Shown here one piece after another: positions 23,986 through 36,739 of a DNA stretch of 64,000 nucleotides (within the stretch, counting starts at the first letter, position 1; each line of letters opens with the position of its first letter). Source of the stretch: Heterodontus francisci (lineage: Eukaryota); assembly GCF_036365525.1 (NCBI RefSeq), contig NC_090404.1:7874001-7938000 (forward strand). The letters are read 5' to 3'. The notes beneath the pieces are model-generated. The model was not told where the DNA came from. It saw only the letters and a program-made list of their open reading frames with translations, and searched no databases. A program made the position numbers and the translations under genes.

Positions 23986-25169
23986 CTGGAAAAGAGCAGC
24001 AGATTGAGCAAGTTAGACTCTGTGATTCGTGCTTATTAAGTAATCAAACAAGGCGAAATTTGACTCCAGCTGGAAACTGATTCCAAATTTTCTCCGATTG
24101 AAACCTTCATCCGCATCTGAGCTTCAGTTCCATCATGTGGTGATCATCAGCTGTCGGTCACCTGGTCAGGAACACATCTCTCTTTATCTCTATCACATGA
24201 CAAAAATAAGAACCTGTTGAAGTCATCTCAATAAATTACCTTTCACTGGATTGAAACAGAAGAGCAGAGAAGTTTCCCCGCTATTTCGACCAACATTTAT
24301 TTCTTAACCAACAGCACTTTGGAAAAAAGTTATCTTGCCATTTAACTCAATGCCGTTTTTGGAAATTTGTTTTGTTCAAATTGTCTGCTGGGTTGCCCAC
24401 AGCCGCCTGCAACAAAATAGGAACTACTCTTCAAAAGTGCCATCGTAATATGTGCTTATAAAATTCGTGAAAAACTCGAAACTTGACTACCAGGCAAAGT
24501 AATTCCATTATTTTCCCATCAAAATCTATAGTGGCGTTTGAGCTTCTTTGGGCTGTGAGACCGGATGTAAATGCTTTCGTGTAACTCCAGTATTGTACAA
24601 CAGAAATGTTCGCAGTCTGAAAGGGACATTCTGTCCATCAGGCTGCTTTATCCCGAACAAATGCTAGAATATTATACCGTGGACATCCTTTAGCTCTTGA
24701 GCCACTGTTAAGGAACACTTTCCTCATTCCAACTATGTTCACATTAGATTCTTCCACATTATATCCACTGAGCACCTCTCTGTATCCTCCTTCTATCAGC
24801 TCTTAACATCTGCACGAAATCAGGCCATTCCATGATAGTAACATTCATCCATCTTTCGCTTTTAAGACGCTGCCCTAAAAGCTCTCTCGTTGACCAAGCT
24901 TTTGCTGAACAGAACTAGTATCGCCTTATATGACTCGTTGTCAGATTTTCGTTTTATTACGCACCTGTGAATCGTCTTGGGGCGTATTACTACGCTGAAA
25001 TGCATACCGTTGTTGTGTTCCTGGGATACACCTGTTTAAATTCCAATCGGCTTAGTTTTCCTCACGCTACAACTCCGACTGCTAGATCTGGTAGTTACAA
25101 TACATATAAACCAAGTCCTAACGTGTTCATAAAGGATGACCCAGAATTATAAAATACTACAAAATAATA

Positions 25170-26380
25170 GCAGAGAAGGATTCCTCCCCACTGTGGTTGA
25201 CAGGGCCCTCGACCGTGTCTGATCTATTTCTCGCACTTCGGCTCTCATCCCCTTCCCCTCCTTCCTACAACTGTGACAGGGTTCCCCTTGTCCTCATTTT
25301 CCACCGTACCGGTCTCCATATGCAAAGGATCATCCTCTGCCATTTCTGCCACACTCTAGCGTGATGCCACCACAAAACACATCTTCCCTTCCCCTCCACT
25401 GTCAGCATTCCAAAGGTATTGTTCCCCCGCGACACCCTGGTCCACTCCTCCATCAGTCCCTTTCCCATGGTACCTTCTCATGAAATCGCAGGAGTTGTAA
25501 TACCTGCCATTTTACCTCCTCCCTCCTCTCCATCCAAGGCCCAAAGAGTCCTTCCAGGTAAAGCAGCGATTTACTTGTACTTCTTTCAATTTACTATGCA
25601 GTACTCGCTGCTCACAAGGCGATCTCCTCTACATTGGGGAAACCAAACGCAGGTTGGGTGACCACTTTTCAGAACATTTCCATTCAGTCCTCAAGCATTA
25701 TCCTGAGCTTCCGGTTGCTTGTCATTTTAATTCTCTACCTTGTTCCCATGCCCATAGTTCCGTCGTCTGCCTGTTGCAGTTAACATCAGTGCAAGCTCGA
25801 GCAACAGCACCTCATCTTTCGATTAGGCATTCTACGTCCTTCTGGACTCAATATTGAGTTCAATAATTTCAGGCCATAAGCCCCATTATTTTTGATTATT
25901 TGTTATTTTTTATGTTATTTATTTCGTTTTAATTTTATTTTGTATACAAATATATTCTTTTTAAAATATTTATTTATTTGTAATCATGTGCTAGTCTCTA
26001 ACTTATTTTTCATGTTTTTGCCTTTGTATAGATCTGTTCATTAATCTGACATTAGCACCCTTTCTGAACTCATGCTTTACTTTCCGCTACAACTATTTAG
26101 CACTCCATTTGCATTCCGGTTCCTTGACACCTGCCATTTAATCCCTCCCCCCTCCATCCTGTCACAGTCCTTCCTTCTCGTCCCTCACCACCGCCTACCC
26201 CTTTCGCTTGCTCAAAAACTGTTACATTTCTATTTTTTCCAGTTCTGTTGAAAGGTCGCAGACCTGAAACGTTAACTCTGTTTCTCTCTGCGCAGATGTT
26301 GCCAGACCTACTGTGTATTTCCGGCACTTCCGGTTCTCATTTCAGAGTTCCAGCATCCGCAGTATTTTGCTCTTATTCAG
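25170..26380 (+). mobile_element. Penelope-like element fragment (GIY-YIG region + terminal repeat)
   Basis: ctctacattggggaaaccaaacgcagg encodes YIGETKR. The terminal repeat has a mutated hammerhead at 26241-26277. Confidence 0.75.
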
Positions 26381-27490
26381 GAGGACATAGACAGACAGGT
26401 GAATTGTATGTAACAGATATAATTTAATGCGGATACATGTGAAATGATGCACGTTTGGAGGAATAACATGAAACGTGAATGTACACTAAATGGGAGACTG
26501 TGGAAAAGCGGCAATGCCAATGAATTAGCAATCCAGAGGCCCATGCTAATGCCCTTGAGACATGGGTTCAAATCCCACCAAAGCAGCTTGTGGAATTTAA
26601 ATTCCACTAACTGGTGCAGATCTGGATTTGAAAACTGGTCTCAGTAATGCTGTCATGAAACTTTCATCGATTGTCGGAAAAGCCCAGCTGGTTCACTAAT
26701 GTCCTTTAGAGAAGGAAATCTGCTGTTCTGACTAGGTCTGGCCTACATTGACTCCAGCTCCACAGTGAAGCCCACATCCCATGAAAGAATAAAACAATAC
26801 TATTTTGAAGGCTAGTAAGAGAACTCGGGTGCATATTCACATTTTTTGAAGACGGTCTTGTAAACAGGATTGAATACAGAAACAAGGAATTCATGGTAAA
26901 GCTTTGTGAATCACTAATTAGGCTGGAACATTTTTGCACAATTCTGGCCACCACACTTTAGGAATGATTGCAAGCTCTTGGGGAGAGTACAGAAGAGGTT
27001 TGCCAGGATAAGGTCAAGACTGAGGGAGTTCAGTTATGTGGAGAGATCATACAAGCCGAATTGTTCTCCTTAGTGCAGTGAAAGTTAAGCGGTTACTGAA
27101 GAGTTATATTCAAAGTGATGGGAGGTTTTGATAAGGAGAATCTTTTTCCTCTGGCAAGTGGGACGTTAACAAGAGGTTGCAGATTTGAAATAATTGGCAA
27201 AATAATTTGGACGATCCAGTGTGGTGCTGAAATAGGTCTCTTTTCAAACAGAGGGTGTTTATCATAGAACCATTGAGTTGGTTACAGCACAAAAAGGAGA
27301 CCATTCAACCCGTCATGTCCATGCTGGCTCTCTAAAAGAGCGTCTGGAATGCCCAAGGCAACTGGAGATGTCCTGGAAGGCGACTAATCAACATGATTAT
27401 AAGAAAATGCTGGCTTGTGGAATTATTTTGGAGAGAACTTTCAGAGCCGACACAGGCATAAAGGGCCGAATCACCACATTCTGTGCTATA
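26380..27490 (+). mobile_element. Degenerate CR1 fragment with a nested tRNA-derived SINE (~26520-26790)
   Basis: CR1-like gatacatgtgaaatgatgcacgtttgg. SINE B-box gggttcaaatccc; a related SINE lies at about 41200-41590 (minus). Confidence 0.55.
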
Positions 27491-30400
27491 CAATTCTATG
27501 ATTTACACTATTCAGTAAAATCAGATCTTCCCAATTTAATGGAATGAAAGCCTTAATAATTTTGAACATGTCTTTCAGTTCTATTGTTATTGCTTGTTAT
27601 AATGAACAAGGAGTTTTAAACAAAAGGATCTGATGAATTTGGCACATATTAGTCAAGAGGATACTGCGACAGACCTGAACCTTATTGTAAATGACACTGC
27701 TTGCAGGCTGACGCTATCACTTTAAATAGTCCACAGAAATGTAGTTTAGCGACTTTGTGCTTTTTGTTGTGACCCAGTTTAATAACTGCATCTCACCCGA
27801 GTTTATCACTGCCTCTTACCATTTACAAATAATTAAATGACATGATGGTTTTAAGCATCAGGTGATCATGATGGTTATTTGGAGCGGGAGTCTCGACTCT
27901 TTTCCATTTAAGTCGTCAAAATAACTTCCAGTCTCCCATAAAATCAGAGCAGACGCTGCTTTCCGGAGCGTTACAGTCACTTCATGAAACTGTTTGTACT
28001 GAAAGTGCGTTCAAGATCAGGCCAGTCTCATTCATTGATTATCTGAGACTTAAATGTTTAAAGATACTTAATTCATGAAAAATTGGGCATGAAAGAATGT
28101 TGACAGCAATTAATGCACGGCGCTTCTTCTGGATAATGGAAGAATTTAGTATTAAATTCTGGCTCGAGAACTCACAATTTATTAGTTAGATTCAGATGAA
28201 AGTTCCTTGAACATTGCGGGGTAAACACTCGCTGGTCAGCTGCCGGACAGTTGAGATATAGAGTAAAGATCACTTTGTACGGCCCTGTCATGCGTTGTAA
28301 GGTCTAACATAGCAAGGGTTGGATTCCGAGGAAAGTCACGTCTACAGGGAACTGCCGAACGTTTCAAGTCAGGTGCAGCACTGGTTTGATATAAAAAAAA
28401 GCTCCCTCAAGACTGTCCCATTAAATATGTCCAGGGCAGGTTCAACTAAGTTTAATTTCTCCCTCTACACTGTCCCATCGAATAATCATAGAACAGTCGT
28501 AGGACAGTTACAGCACGGATGAAAAATAGACTAAAGCTCTCTCTACATTGTCGAATCAAACTCTCCCACGGTAGACACAGTACTGGTTGCAAACTAACCA
28601 AAGCTCCCCCTAAGGTCTGTCTGTCATGTTTCGGAACTTTTATTTCTAATTGTCACAAAATGGCTTACGGGTCTCATTTCTCAAGCACCTCGTCAAACGT
28701 AAAGCCAAACGTTCACATGTGTCACAGATACAAACGGCTTAAATAGATGTGTCAAATTGCACTCCCTGAAATACAGAAGAATGAACCAGAATATTTACAA
28801 TCAGTCGGGGGAGGAATCCTGATCCCGACACAGTCAGCAGGTGCACAAAAACACAACAGACCTAAATGGGGGAACAATCGGGCTCTCAGCAGATAGATCT
28901 GTTCAATCTGTCAATTTCAATGAAGCTGGTTCATTCTAATTTATCAATTGTCAAATTGCGTCAATTCCATGTCTGTCACTTCTTTGAAATTAAACTGATA
29001 TTCATTTCAAAAATTCCTTCGACTTCCAACTATTTCTCCCTGTTTGTCTGTATTCTTGAAATCTATAATAATAATAAAATCTGTGTAATATTTAGTTCCC
29101 CAGAAAATTAGGACATCAAATATAACAATTCAGGGTAATTTGATGTCGGTAACAGGGACTCAGTGTTACGATGACACGTGATATTTAAAGAATCCGAAGG
29201 CAATTACATTAAAAACCGATTACCCACTGGTTTGGTATAATTTCATAGTTAAACATAACGAGTAAAATCATTGAGAAGCTAATTCATTGAAATCTGTGTC
29301 GGCACCTTATCGAGCTGAGCACAGCCGAGTAAGAAATGTATTGTTTTCGAAACTCATTCTGTCCAACCTTTGAGATATCGCACGAACTGTAATTTTTGTC
29401 AGCACACTACTCAATTTTGGGAGGTCACATGTTTAATGAATTAGCACTGTTATTATATGTTAAGATTCGTGTTAGCTGATTTAACTGTAATATCATAATA
29501 TGAGTAAATATTTATTCTAGACCTGTTTCTGACCAGCACTTTGTGAAATAATAAATGATTAATATGACATTTAATAATATTAAATAAGACATATGATTGG
29601 ATGAAAACATTCATAAATCTATATTTTACTTAAATCTAATCATATTTCATTAACTTAAAGTGAAGAACACCTTCTACTGCCCTGCTTTTTATCTACACAA
29701 TTGTAAAATATGCATGTTTCTGAACACATTGATATATCATAAACTCAGTCTATTCTCAGCGATTATTTCACACGATGGATTTAACAACGGAATATTTTAA
29801 ATAGTTCCAAATCTGGCCGGGATCACAGCGCGCTAACTGCTGATGGGCTGTAAGTTCGTCTATTTGCCTGCAGAACTCTCGAGTTTATATATTGTCCAAA
29901 TAGTAATTATATAAAAATATTTAAAAACAAACACCCGGGCAGTTTGCGATCAGTAACAGTGCTGCCGCTATTGAATAACAGAGACACTTTTTATATATTT
30001 TACCCCGTCATTCACACAAGCCTTGTAAATTAATTATGAATTATATTATGTTATTTATTGAAGAAGTTCCAAAATAATCATTAAAACTGGACGAGAACAT
30101 TTCATTCAGATTATCTACCACACTGAAATTTAAAGAGCAAATTAAGTCGGGACTGTGCTGTTAAATTTAATATTTAATAAGAATTAAGCATAACTCTCAG
30201 ATATAATCTGTCCTTTGTATTAAATCTAACCTGTGCGCAGCACAGCTACGGGAGACAGGATGTTGTCATTGAATTCAAAGCTAACATGAATCTTTTGTAA
30301 TTAAATGTATCTGCTTGAATTTCAAGGTGTTATTGTCCGTCGCCAGCCTTATGCAGTCTGCAACTTTCTTCAATTCAAATATAAACATGTGAACAATCAT

Positions 30401-32035
30401 TTGACTGCCAGCGACTTCTACCTCTCAGAAAAAACGTTCAAGATTATATGAGTGATAATTATCTCGCTATCCAACAACTATCCAAAGACATTGAATGAAG
30501 AACGTGGTTTCGGCTGCACACAAAGAATGTAATAACCAGACATTGACAAACTGCAATTGACAACTCCTATGTAAGATATACGTAAATTCAAACTGTCCTT
30601 CTTCTGTTTTAATCAGGGATACAACAATTCATTCAAAACCGATCATCAAATCGAACACAGCGGTAGAATCGATATGTTCTTACTGAAATCATTTCAGGCA
30701 TAATTAAAAATTGCCTCCAGCCTATAAAAATTCCCGGTCCCATTAATTTTGCGCAGGGCAGAGCAGAATTGTGAAAGGCGATTAATGAATAATGAATTGA
30801 TATGAATATTAAGGCATATTTTGGTGAATAGCGTGAGATATTGCCGCAATATAATTGCTTGAATTACATTAGCTTTAATCTCTAATCTACAAAATTGGCA
30901 CTGATGTAGTTTGCAATTGCAGCAACATTTCACGTACTGAATGAGCGTGGTTAACCATGGCTTCATAGTTTAATCTGCAATTATCGCTTAAATAAATAAA
31001 ACATTATAATCTCTTTTAACTTTTGTTTTACTTTCTGAAACCTGTCAATGTTCTACTGTCTTTCAAATGGTTTTAAACATGATCAGAAACCGGCAGACGC
31101 CGCTGTCACCGAGGTTAGACAATGCAGAAACGCCAAATAGTTTCACACATTGCACTTCTTCAAAGTAATCCAGACACACACTCTCCTCAGCAGGTAAACA
31201 AGCAATCACATCACTGGGGGGCTGAATCCCGCCTCAGTACGCTTCACAGAGAAGCAGCTCAATTCTACAAACCCTTTCAGCAGAATCAAATGTAAGATTG
31301 CAAAAAAAAATCTCAACACAGGATCCACAGAACCCACCTGTTTCTGAAGGAATTAATTGCTATATTTGCCAGATATATAAAATAATGGCAACAGAATTGT
31401 TCGTAGAAGAAACATGTTTAATAAATTGATATTGCATATTTTAGTAATACTGGCTGATATTACGAAATTATAATGTGAATTTATATTAAATTAAATCTGA
31501 GCGAACCTGTAAATTTGTTATTTTAGTGGTTCTTAATTACATCAAAATCGTGTTATATATGAGCGCATGCGCGCATTAAATTAATATATTACAATTTAAT
31601 TATCACAAATAAAAATAGATCAAAATACCGTGAGGTTATCTTTGATCGCTGAGGCTTTCTGCCTATAATCTTACTTCAAACATATTTAAACGCTTATTGT
31701 TTGTGTTTGATCAGAAAACCTTGAGCAACTAGATGTCACCAAGATTAAAAATTGCAGAAATTTCAAACAGCTTAAAGTACGTTAGGTATTTAAAGTAGCC
31801 CAGACACACAGTCCCATCAGCAAATAAACACCACATCAAATCAATCAGGCGCTGAATCCCTCAAATTAAATTCTCTAATCCCGTTGCAGCAAATGAAATG
31901 AAACCATTGCAACAAATCTCAATGGGGAATCCAGTGAAACCACATTTCAGTGAAGGAATGTATCATTAACATAAGCAGAAATATAAAATAAAAACACAAA
32001 TAAACCAGTTGCTGAATGAGTTTATGTTTTTTTAC

Positions 32036-32110
32036 CTGCAGTCACCGTCACCATGGTCCCTTGTCCCCAGAACTCATGATAGTACGAACTATCCATACCC
32101 ACGAGAATAC
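32036..32110 (-). CDS. Germline-fused IgH D(-D)-J segment with a single 5' 12-RSS
   Basis: GT ATT CTC GTG GGT ATG GAT AGT TCG TAC TAT CAT GAG TTC TGG GGA CAA GGG ACC ATG GTG ACG GTG ACT GCA G|gtaaa = ILVGMDSSYYHEFWGQGTMVTVTA. Heptamer 32111-32117, 12-nt spacer, nonamer acaaatact 32130-32138. Confidence 0.85.
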
Positions 32111-32289
32111 CACAGTGACACGAACCCGTACAAATACTGCACTCAGTCTCTGTCCAGTACTGTCTCTCAACATTCACTTCAAATAGAAATTCCCTTCTGA
32201 TCCAGCACAGAATATATCCAAAAGTTTACACCATTCAGTAGGAAGCGAACACAGATCCAAGTAACTCCCTACAAGTAACAGTCACATTG

Positions 32290-32500
32290 AAACCAACATT
32301 TGTTGCAGCGCGGAAGAAGGCCATTCGGCCCATCGTGTCGGCACTGGCTCTCTGAAAGAGCAATTCCCTCAGTCCCAGTCCCTGCCTTAGCCCCATATCC
32401 TTGCACATTCTTCCTTTCCATAGAACTATGAATGCTTCAATTGAACCTGCCTCCACTACTTTCTCAGGCAGCGCATTCCAGATCTTAACCACTCGCTGCA
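32290..32500 (-). mobile_element. CR1 3'-end fragment between VH and D-J
   Basis: QRVVKIWNALPEKVVEAGSIEAF followed by the CR1 3' UTR (atgggccgaatggcc). Confidence 0.75.
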
Positions 32501-32749
32501 ATTACTGACACTGTTAACATAAATATCAGCACGGCCAAAATTACTCATCAATACTTCGGTCAGTGTCTTAGATTTGCACCATTGAATTTTCACTGTGTTA
32601 GTTTAGTACCAGACGGGAGAAGGTCTGGTTCTGAACACTACTGTTAATATGGTATTTAGCAAGTACTGACCGTCAGGTTATAATAGAATATCTCGAATTC
32701 CCCCATGATCTGTTCTTGTGCGGGTCCAGCCCTGGTTTCTCTCGCTGTG

Positions 32750-33230
32750 GGACTCCAAAACAGTAATAGATGGCGGTGTCTTCTGTCTTCAGGTTCTTCA
32801 TGTCCAAAGCGAAGGTGTTGTTTGAAGTGTCTTTGGATGCGGTAAATCGATTTTGAATCCCTGGTGCGTAAGCATCTCTGGATGAACTATAGTAATAAAC
32901 TAACCACTCCAGCCCCTGCCCGGGAACCTGTCGGACCCAATACATATTGAAGCTGCCTAGACTGAACCCGCTGGTTTTACAGGTCAGTTTCAGGGCGCCT
33001 CCGGGTCTCCCGGTCTCTGCCTCTGGCTGAGTCAACACGGCATCCGAATGGACACCTGTCAAAAATATCAAAAAACCCGAGGATTAATCCTGGTGAAATG
33101 ATTCCTGACTCTGTAACATTCCAGAGAGAGAGTCTAACACTGAGACAGTAACAGTGAGAGAATCAGGCAATAAAAACTACTCACGGGATAAGAAAACCAG
33201 CAACAGACTGAGAGAAATCGCCGACCTCAT
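32750..33230 (-). CDS. IgM VH segment with leader: leader 33185-33230, V exon 32750-33055
   Basis: [67 protein letters not shown]...[14 protein letters not shown] cacagcg (32743-32749), 23-nt spacer, acaagaaca (32711-32719). TATTTAAA at about 33322-33329. Confidence 0.95.
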
Positions 33231-33869
33231 CTTTCTGGCAATTCGGGGAAAATGGTTCTGGTAAGAACTCACTGAGCAAACCCACTCCCGGACTATTGTA
33301 TTGCGGTTCCAGTGACCGGCATTTAAATACCCGGCAGAAGGGGGCGAGGTTACAGGCGCCGCCTATTGATCCCTGATACCGGCGGTTATCGGATCCACGT
33401 CCCACCTCCACATCACTAACAGAATGGACTCATCTATTTACACTGGGATATTATTAAATGTGAACTTTTTATCTGTATCCAGGGATAGTTATTTGACAGA
33501 ATGGTTTCAATGCAATGTGTTACAGAGTACTAAATGGAGATATTGAAATTGAGAATGTGTTCAGCAATAAATAATTACATTGTGGACTGTGAATTAAATC
33601 CCTTTATTTCCTCAACTCTTCTCGGAGGATGTGAATATCTAAGATTAAATTATGGTATCAGGGTCTAAAGCGACTGCTAGTATGTGCTCTGTTTCTCTCG
33701 CTATCAATACCTTCAATCTGTACCAATAAATTATCCCGGAAAATAAGAATTATCAATTTATGTGACTAAATGCGGGATATTAGGAAAGTGATTGCATTCG
33801 CATTGTGAATGGCTGCAATTACACGATTTAGGACCAGAACTGAATATAAGTTCCTCACTAATTACAATT

Positions 33870-33917
33870 GTGTGTCTGTGTGTGTGTGTGTGTGTCTGTC
33901 TGTCTGTCTGTGTGTGT
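33870..33917. repeat. (TG)n/(TCTG)n microsatellite
   Basis: Direct sequence. Confidence 0.9.
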
Positions 33918-35033
33918 CCATGTCTCGAATTGCTCCTGTCTATGTGACCCGAAGCTACTCCTTTGAAAATTAGCTGTGAAAGTTGTCCGTTTGCCTGATA
34001 ATTAAGGAGTGAGTTGACGGAGACACATCAAATTCAGATCAGTTTTTGAAAAAGAGAAGCCAGTGAATCAGAACCGACACGGTGATCAACAAACTATCCA
34101 CTTGCACCCAAATCATTGCAGCTAACTTTAATAGGGACAGACTGTTTAACATACACCAGCAGCAGAAACTCTACTCTTAGCGACAGAGTATGACAAGAAT
34201 AAACCTTTTATCTGCTGTGGAAACGGATTGCAAACTGATCATTTCTGTACCCATTGGTATCCTGTCGATGAGAGGGCTGGATATGCAATCCAAATAATCA
34301 TAAATATTTGCACTGTACACAGCTGTTATCAGTAATAAAGGAGTCTTTAGTTTGAATGTGATACACAGCTCTGTGAGAAAATTCAAGGAAATGCAGCGGA
34401 TTCAAGGCAATTCCACCTATTTATTTATTTACTTTGAAATTCTCAGTATCACAATACGGTGTGCCTGGGGTCATTAAACTCTCTCTCTCTAGAACTTTAT
34501 GCACTACAAAATAAATTGTCTTAGTTATCTAGAATTACATTTAATTGTCATGTGGGTCAATTTATTATTTTGCGGTCCCATTTTATCATATTATGAGCAC
34601 TGAATTTACCAAAAATCATTGTCTAGATGTGTTACCTCGTAAAATGCGTCCTTTCTTGTAAGAGCGCTGCTAAATAGGTTAATGTACAAATAGTTAAGTC
34701 CCATCTTTGTCCATTCATATTCACGCTAATCTGCCCCCACACATTATTTGGCAGCAACCCAGCCGATTGCCGTTCGGGAGGCTCGAACGCCCAGTGTCAT
34801 TTACAGGAAGCATGTGGGGGTTCTGTGCAGTAAATCAAAGATCTGTTTCCTCACTACTTACCGCTTGGCTGAAAGCCAACTTCAAACCCTTAACATTGTC
34901 AAAGAGGCCTATTCATAAACATATCTACCCAGCAACAATACTGGAGTCAATTTTATTTTTCCGTCTCTCAGGAAATGAAATATATCCAGCGTCCCTGTTA
35001 GCGGCAACAGTCCACTCGAGGATCTGACCAGCA

Positions 35034-35179
35034 NNNNNNNNNNNNNNNNNNNNNNNNNNNNNNNNNNNNNNNNNNNNNNNNNNNNNNNNNNNNNNNNNNN
35101 NNNNNNNNNNNNNNNNNNNNNNNNNNNNNNNNNNNNNNNNNNNNNNNNNNNNNNNNNNNNNNNNNNNNNNNNNNNNNNN
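35034..35179. other. Assembly gap
   Basis: Run of N. Confidence 1.
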
Positions 35180-35669
35180 GAGTATACATTCTGAAATACA
35201 TACATCTGCTTCTTTGTGTGGATGGAGGAATGGCTGCAGAGTTGCCAGAATTAATGGATAGTTGGATGTCTGAATGTTTTGTTTAAAGAACCGCAGAATG
35301 GATTGATGGATGAATTGATGGACATGGATCGATGGGCCTGAAAGATGCTGTTCTACATTCTCATCACTGTGATTGACTATTCCTAACACGAAGCCGCCCC
35401 TTTATTCCATTTGTATCAGCCTGACGCCTTCAGTCCTTCCTGATTTTCCAGTTCATTTAATTCTCGAGGATATCCAGAACAATTTAGCTCCATTCACCAA
35501 GAGAAGCCCAGAAATATCCCTGCAGTATTGATGATCCTTTTCTGTTGCTGTTAAATTGTCGTCTCAAAGATATAAAGGGAGAATATGACAGGGTTGAGGA
35601 GGGACGATTGTAATATTTCTGAACACGCATTCCTTTCCTGTACATCAAAGCACTCAACATATGCTCACT

Positions 35670-36735
35670 TAAATTACTTCAGTCACAGTAGAACAGGTTT
35701 GTGGGTCCTTAGGTGACTGAATATCCAATTCTGGATCTGCCACAGGTGGGGCAGGTGGTGTTTGGTGAAGCGAGTGAAAGGGATGCTCGAAATTCCTTCC
35801 GCTGTTTGCACTTGGGCACTGCCTGGGCATGTCGACGTTGTTAAAATTGTCTGGCAGCTTTGCGGATGCTTCTTCTCTATTTTGGATGGTCTCGGGCAAG
35901 AGATTCCCATGCATCAGTGGAGATTTCACCTTTTTTTAGGAGGGTTTAAGAATATCCTTGTAGTGTTTCCTCTGCCCTCCTGGTAGCCTCTTGCCTTAAC
36001 GGAACTCGGGGTAGAAGGTTTGTTTTGGGAGTCTTGCGTTGGGCATGCTGAGCATGTGGCCCGCCCAACGTAACTGATGTTAGTCTGAGAGAGGACACTG
36101 ATGTTGAACTGCCTGTCCTGCCACTGAATTTGCAAGATCTTGCTGAGACTCCATTGGTGATATCTCTCCAGGGCTTTGAGATGTCTGCTGTGCAGTGTCC
36201 ATGTTTCCAATGCATACAGGGGAGCAAGTAAAACGGCGGCTCTGTAGATCATGAGCTTGATGCCACATTTGAGGCCTTTGTCATCAAACACTCTTTTCCA
36301 CAGATGACCGAAGGCTGCGCGGGCACACTAGAGATGATGCTGAGTTTCATTGTCGATGTCTGCCCTTCCTCACAGGAGGTTCCCAAGGTATAAGAAGTGA
36401 TCCACATTGTCCAGTGGTTTCCCATGGATCGTGATAGTCAGTGGGCCCTGTTGCACTGTGGGAGCACGTTGGTAGAGGACCTTTGTCTTCCGAATGTTTA
36501 GCTTAAAGCCCATTCTTTCATAAGCCCTCGTGAATGCATCAACGAGGGTTTGAAGCTCGGCCTCTGAGTGTGCACATACGTAAGCATCGTCATCTTCCTG
36601 AAATTCGATGACAGAGATTAGAATGGCCTTGGTTCTGAACTGGAGGCTACGTAGGTTTGATAGTTTCCCTCTCGTCCTGTAGAGCAGATGTACTCCAGCA
36701 AGGAGTTTCAAAGAGATGAAGTGGTGTTTGTCGTC
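35670..36735 (-). mobile_element. Degenerate RTE-clade LINE fragment
   Basis: AHSEAELQTLVDAFTRAYERMGFKLNIRKTKVL...HFLYLG and ILQIQWQDR. Confidence 0.8.
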
Positions 36736-36739
36736 GAGT

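Noticed and set aside
32560-32600. Heptamer cactgtg at 32591-32597 as a possible separate IgH D segment
   Set aside because: No convincing nonamer and no partner RSS on the other side.
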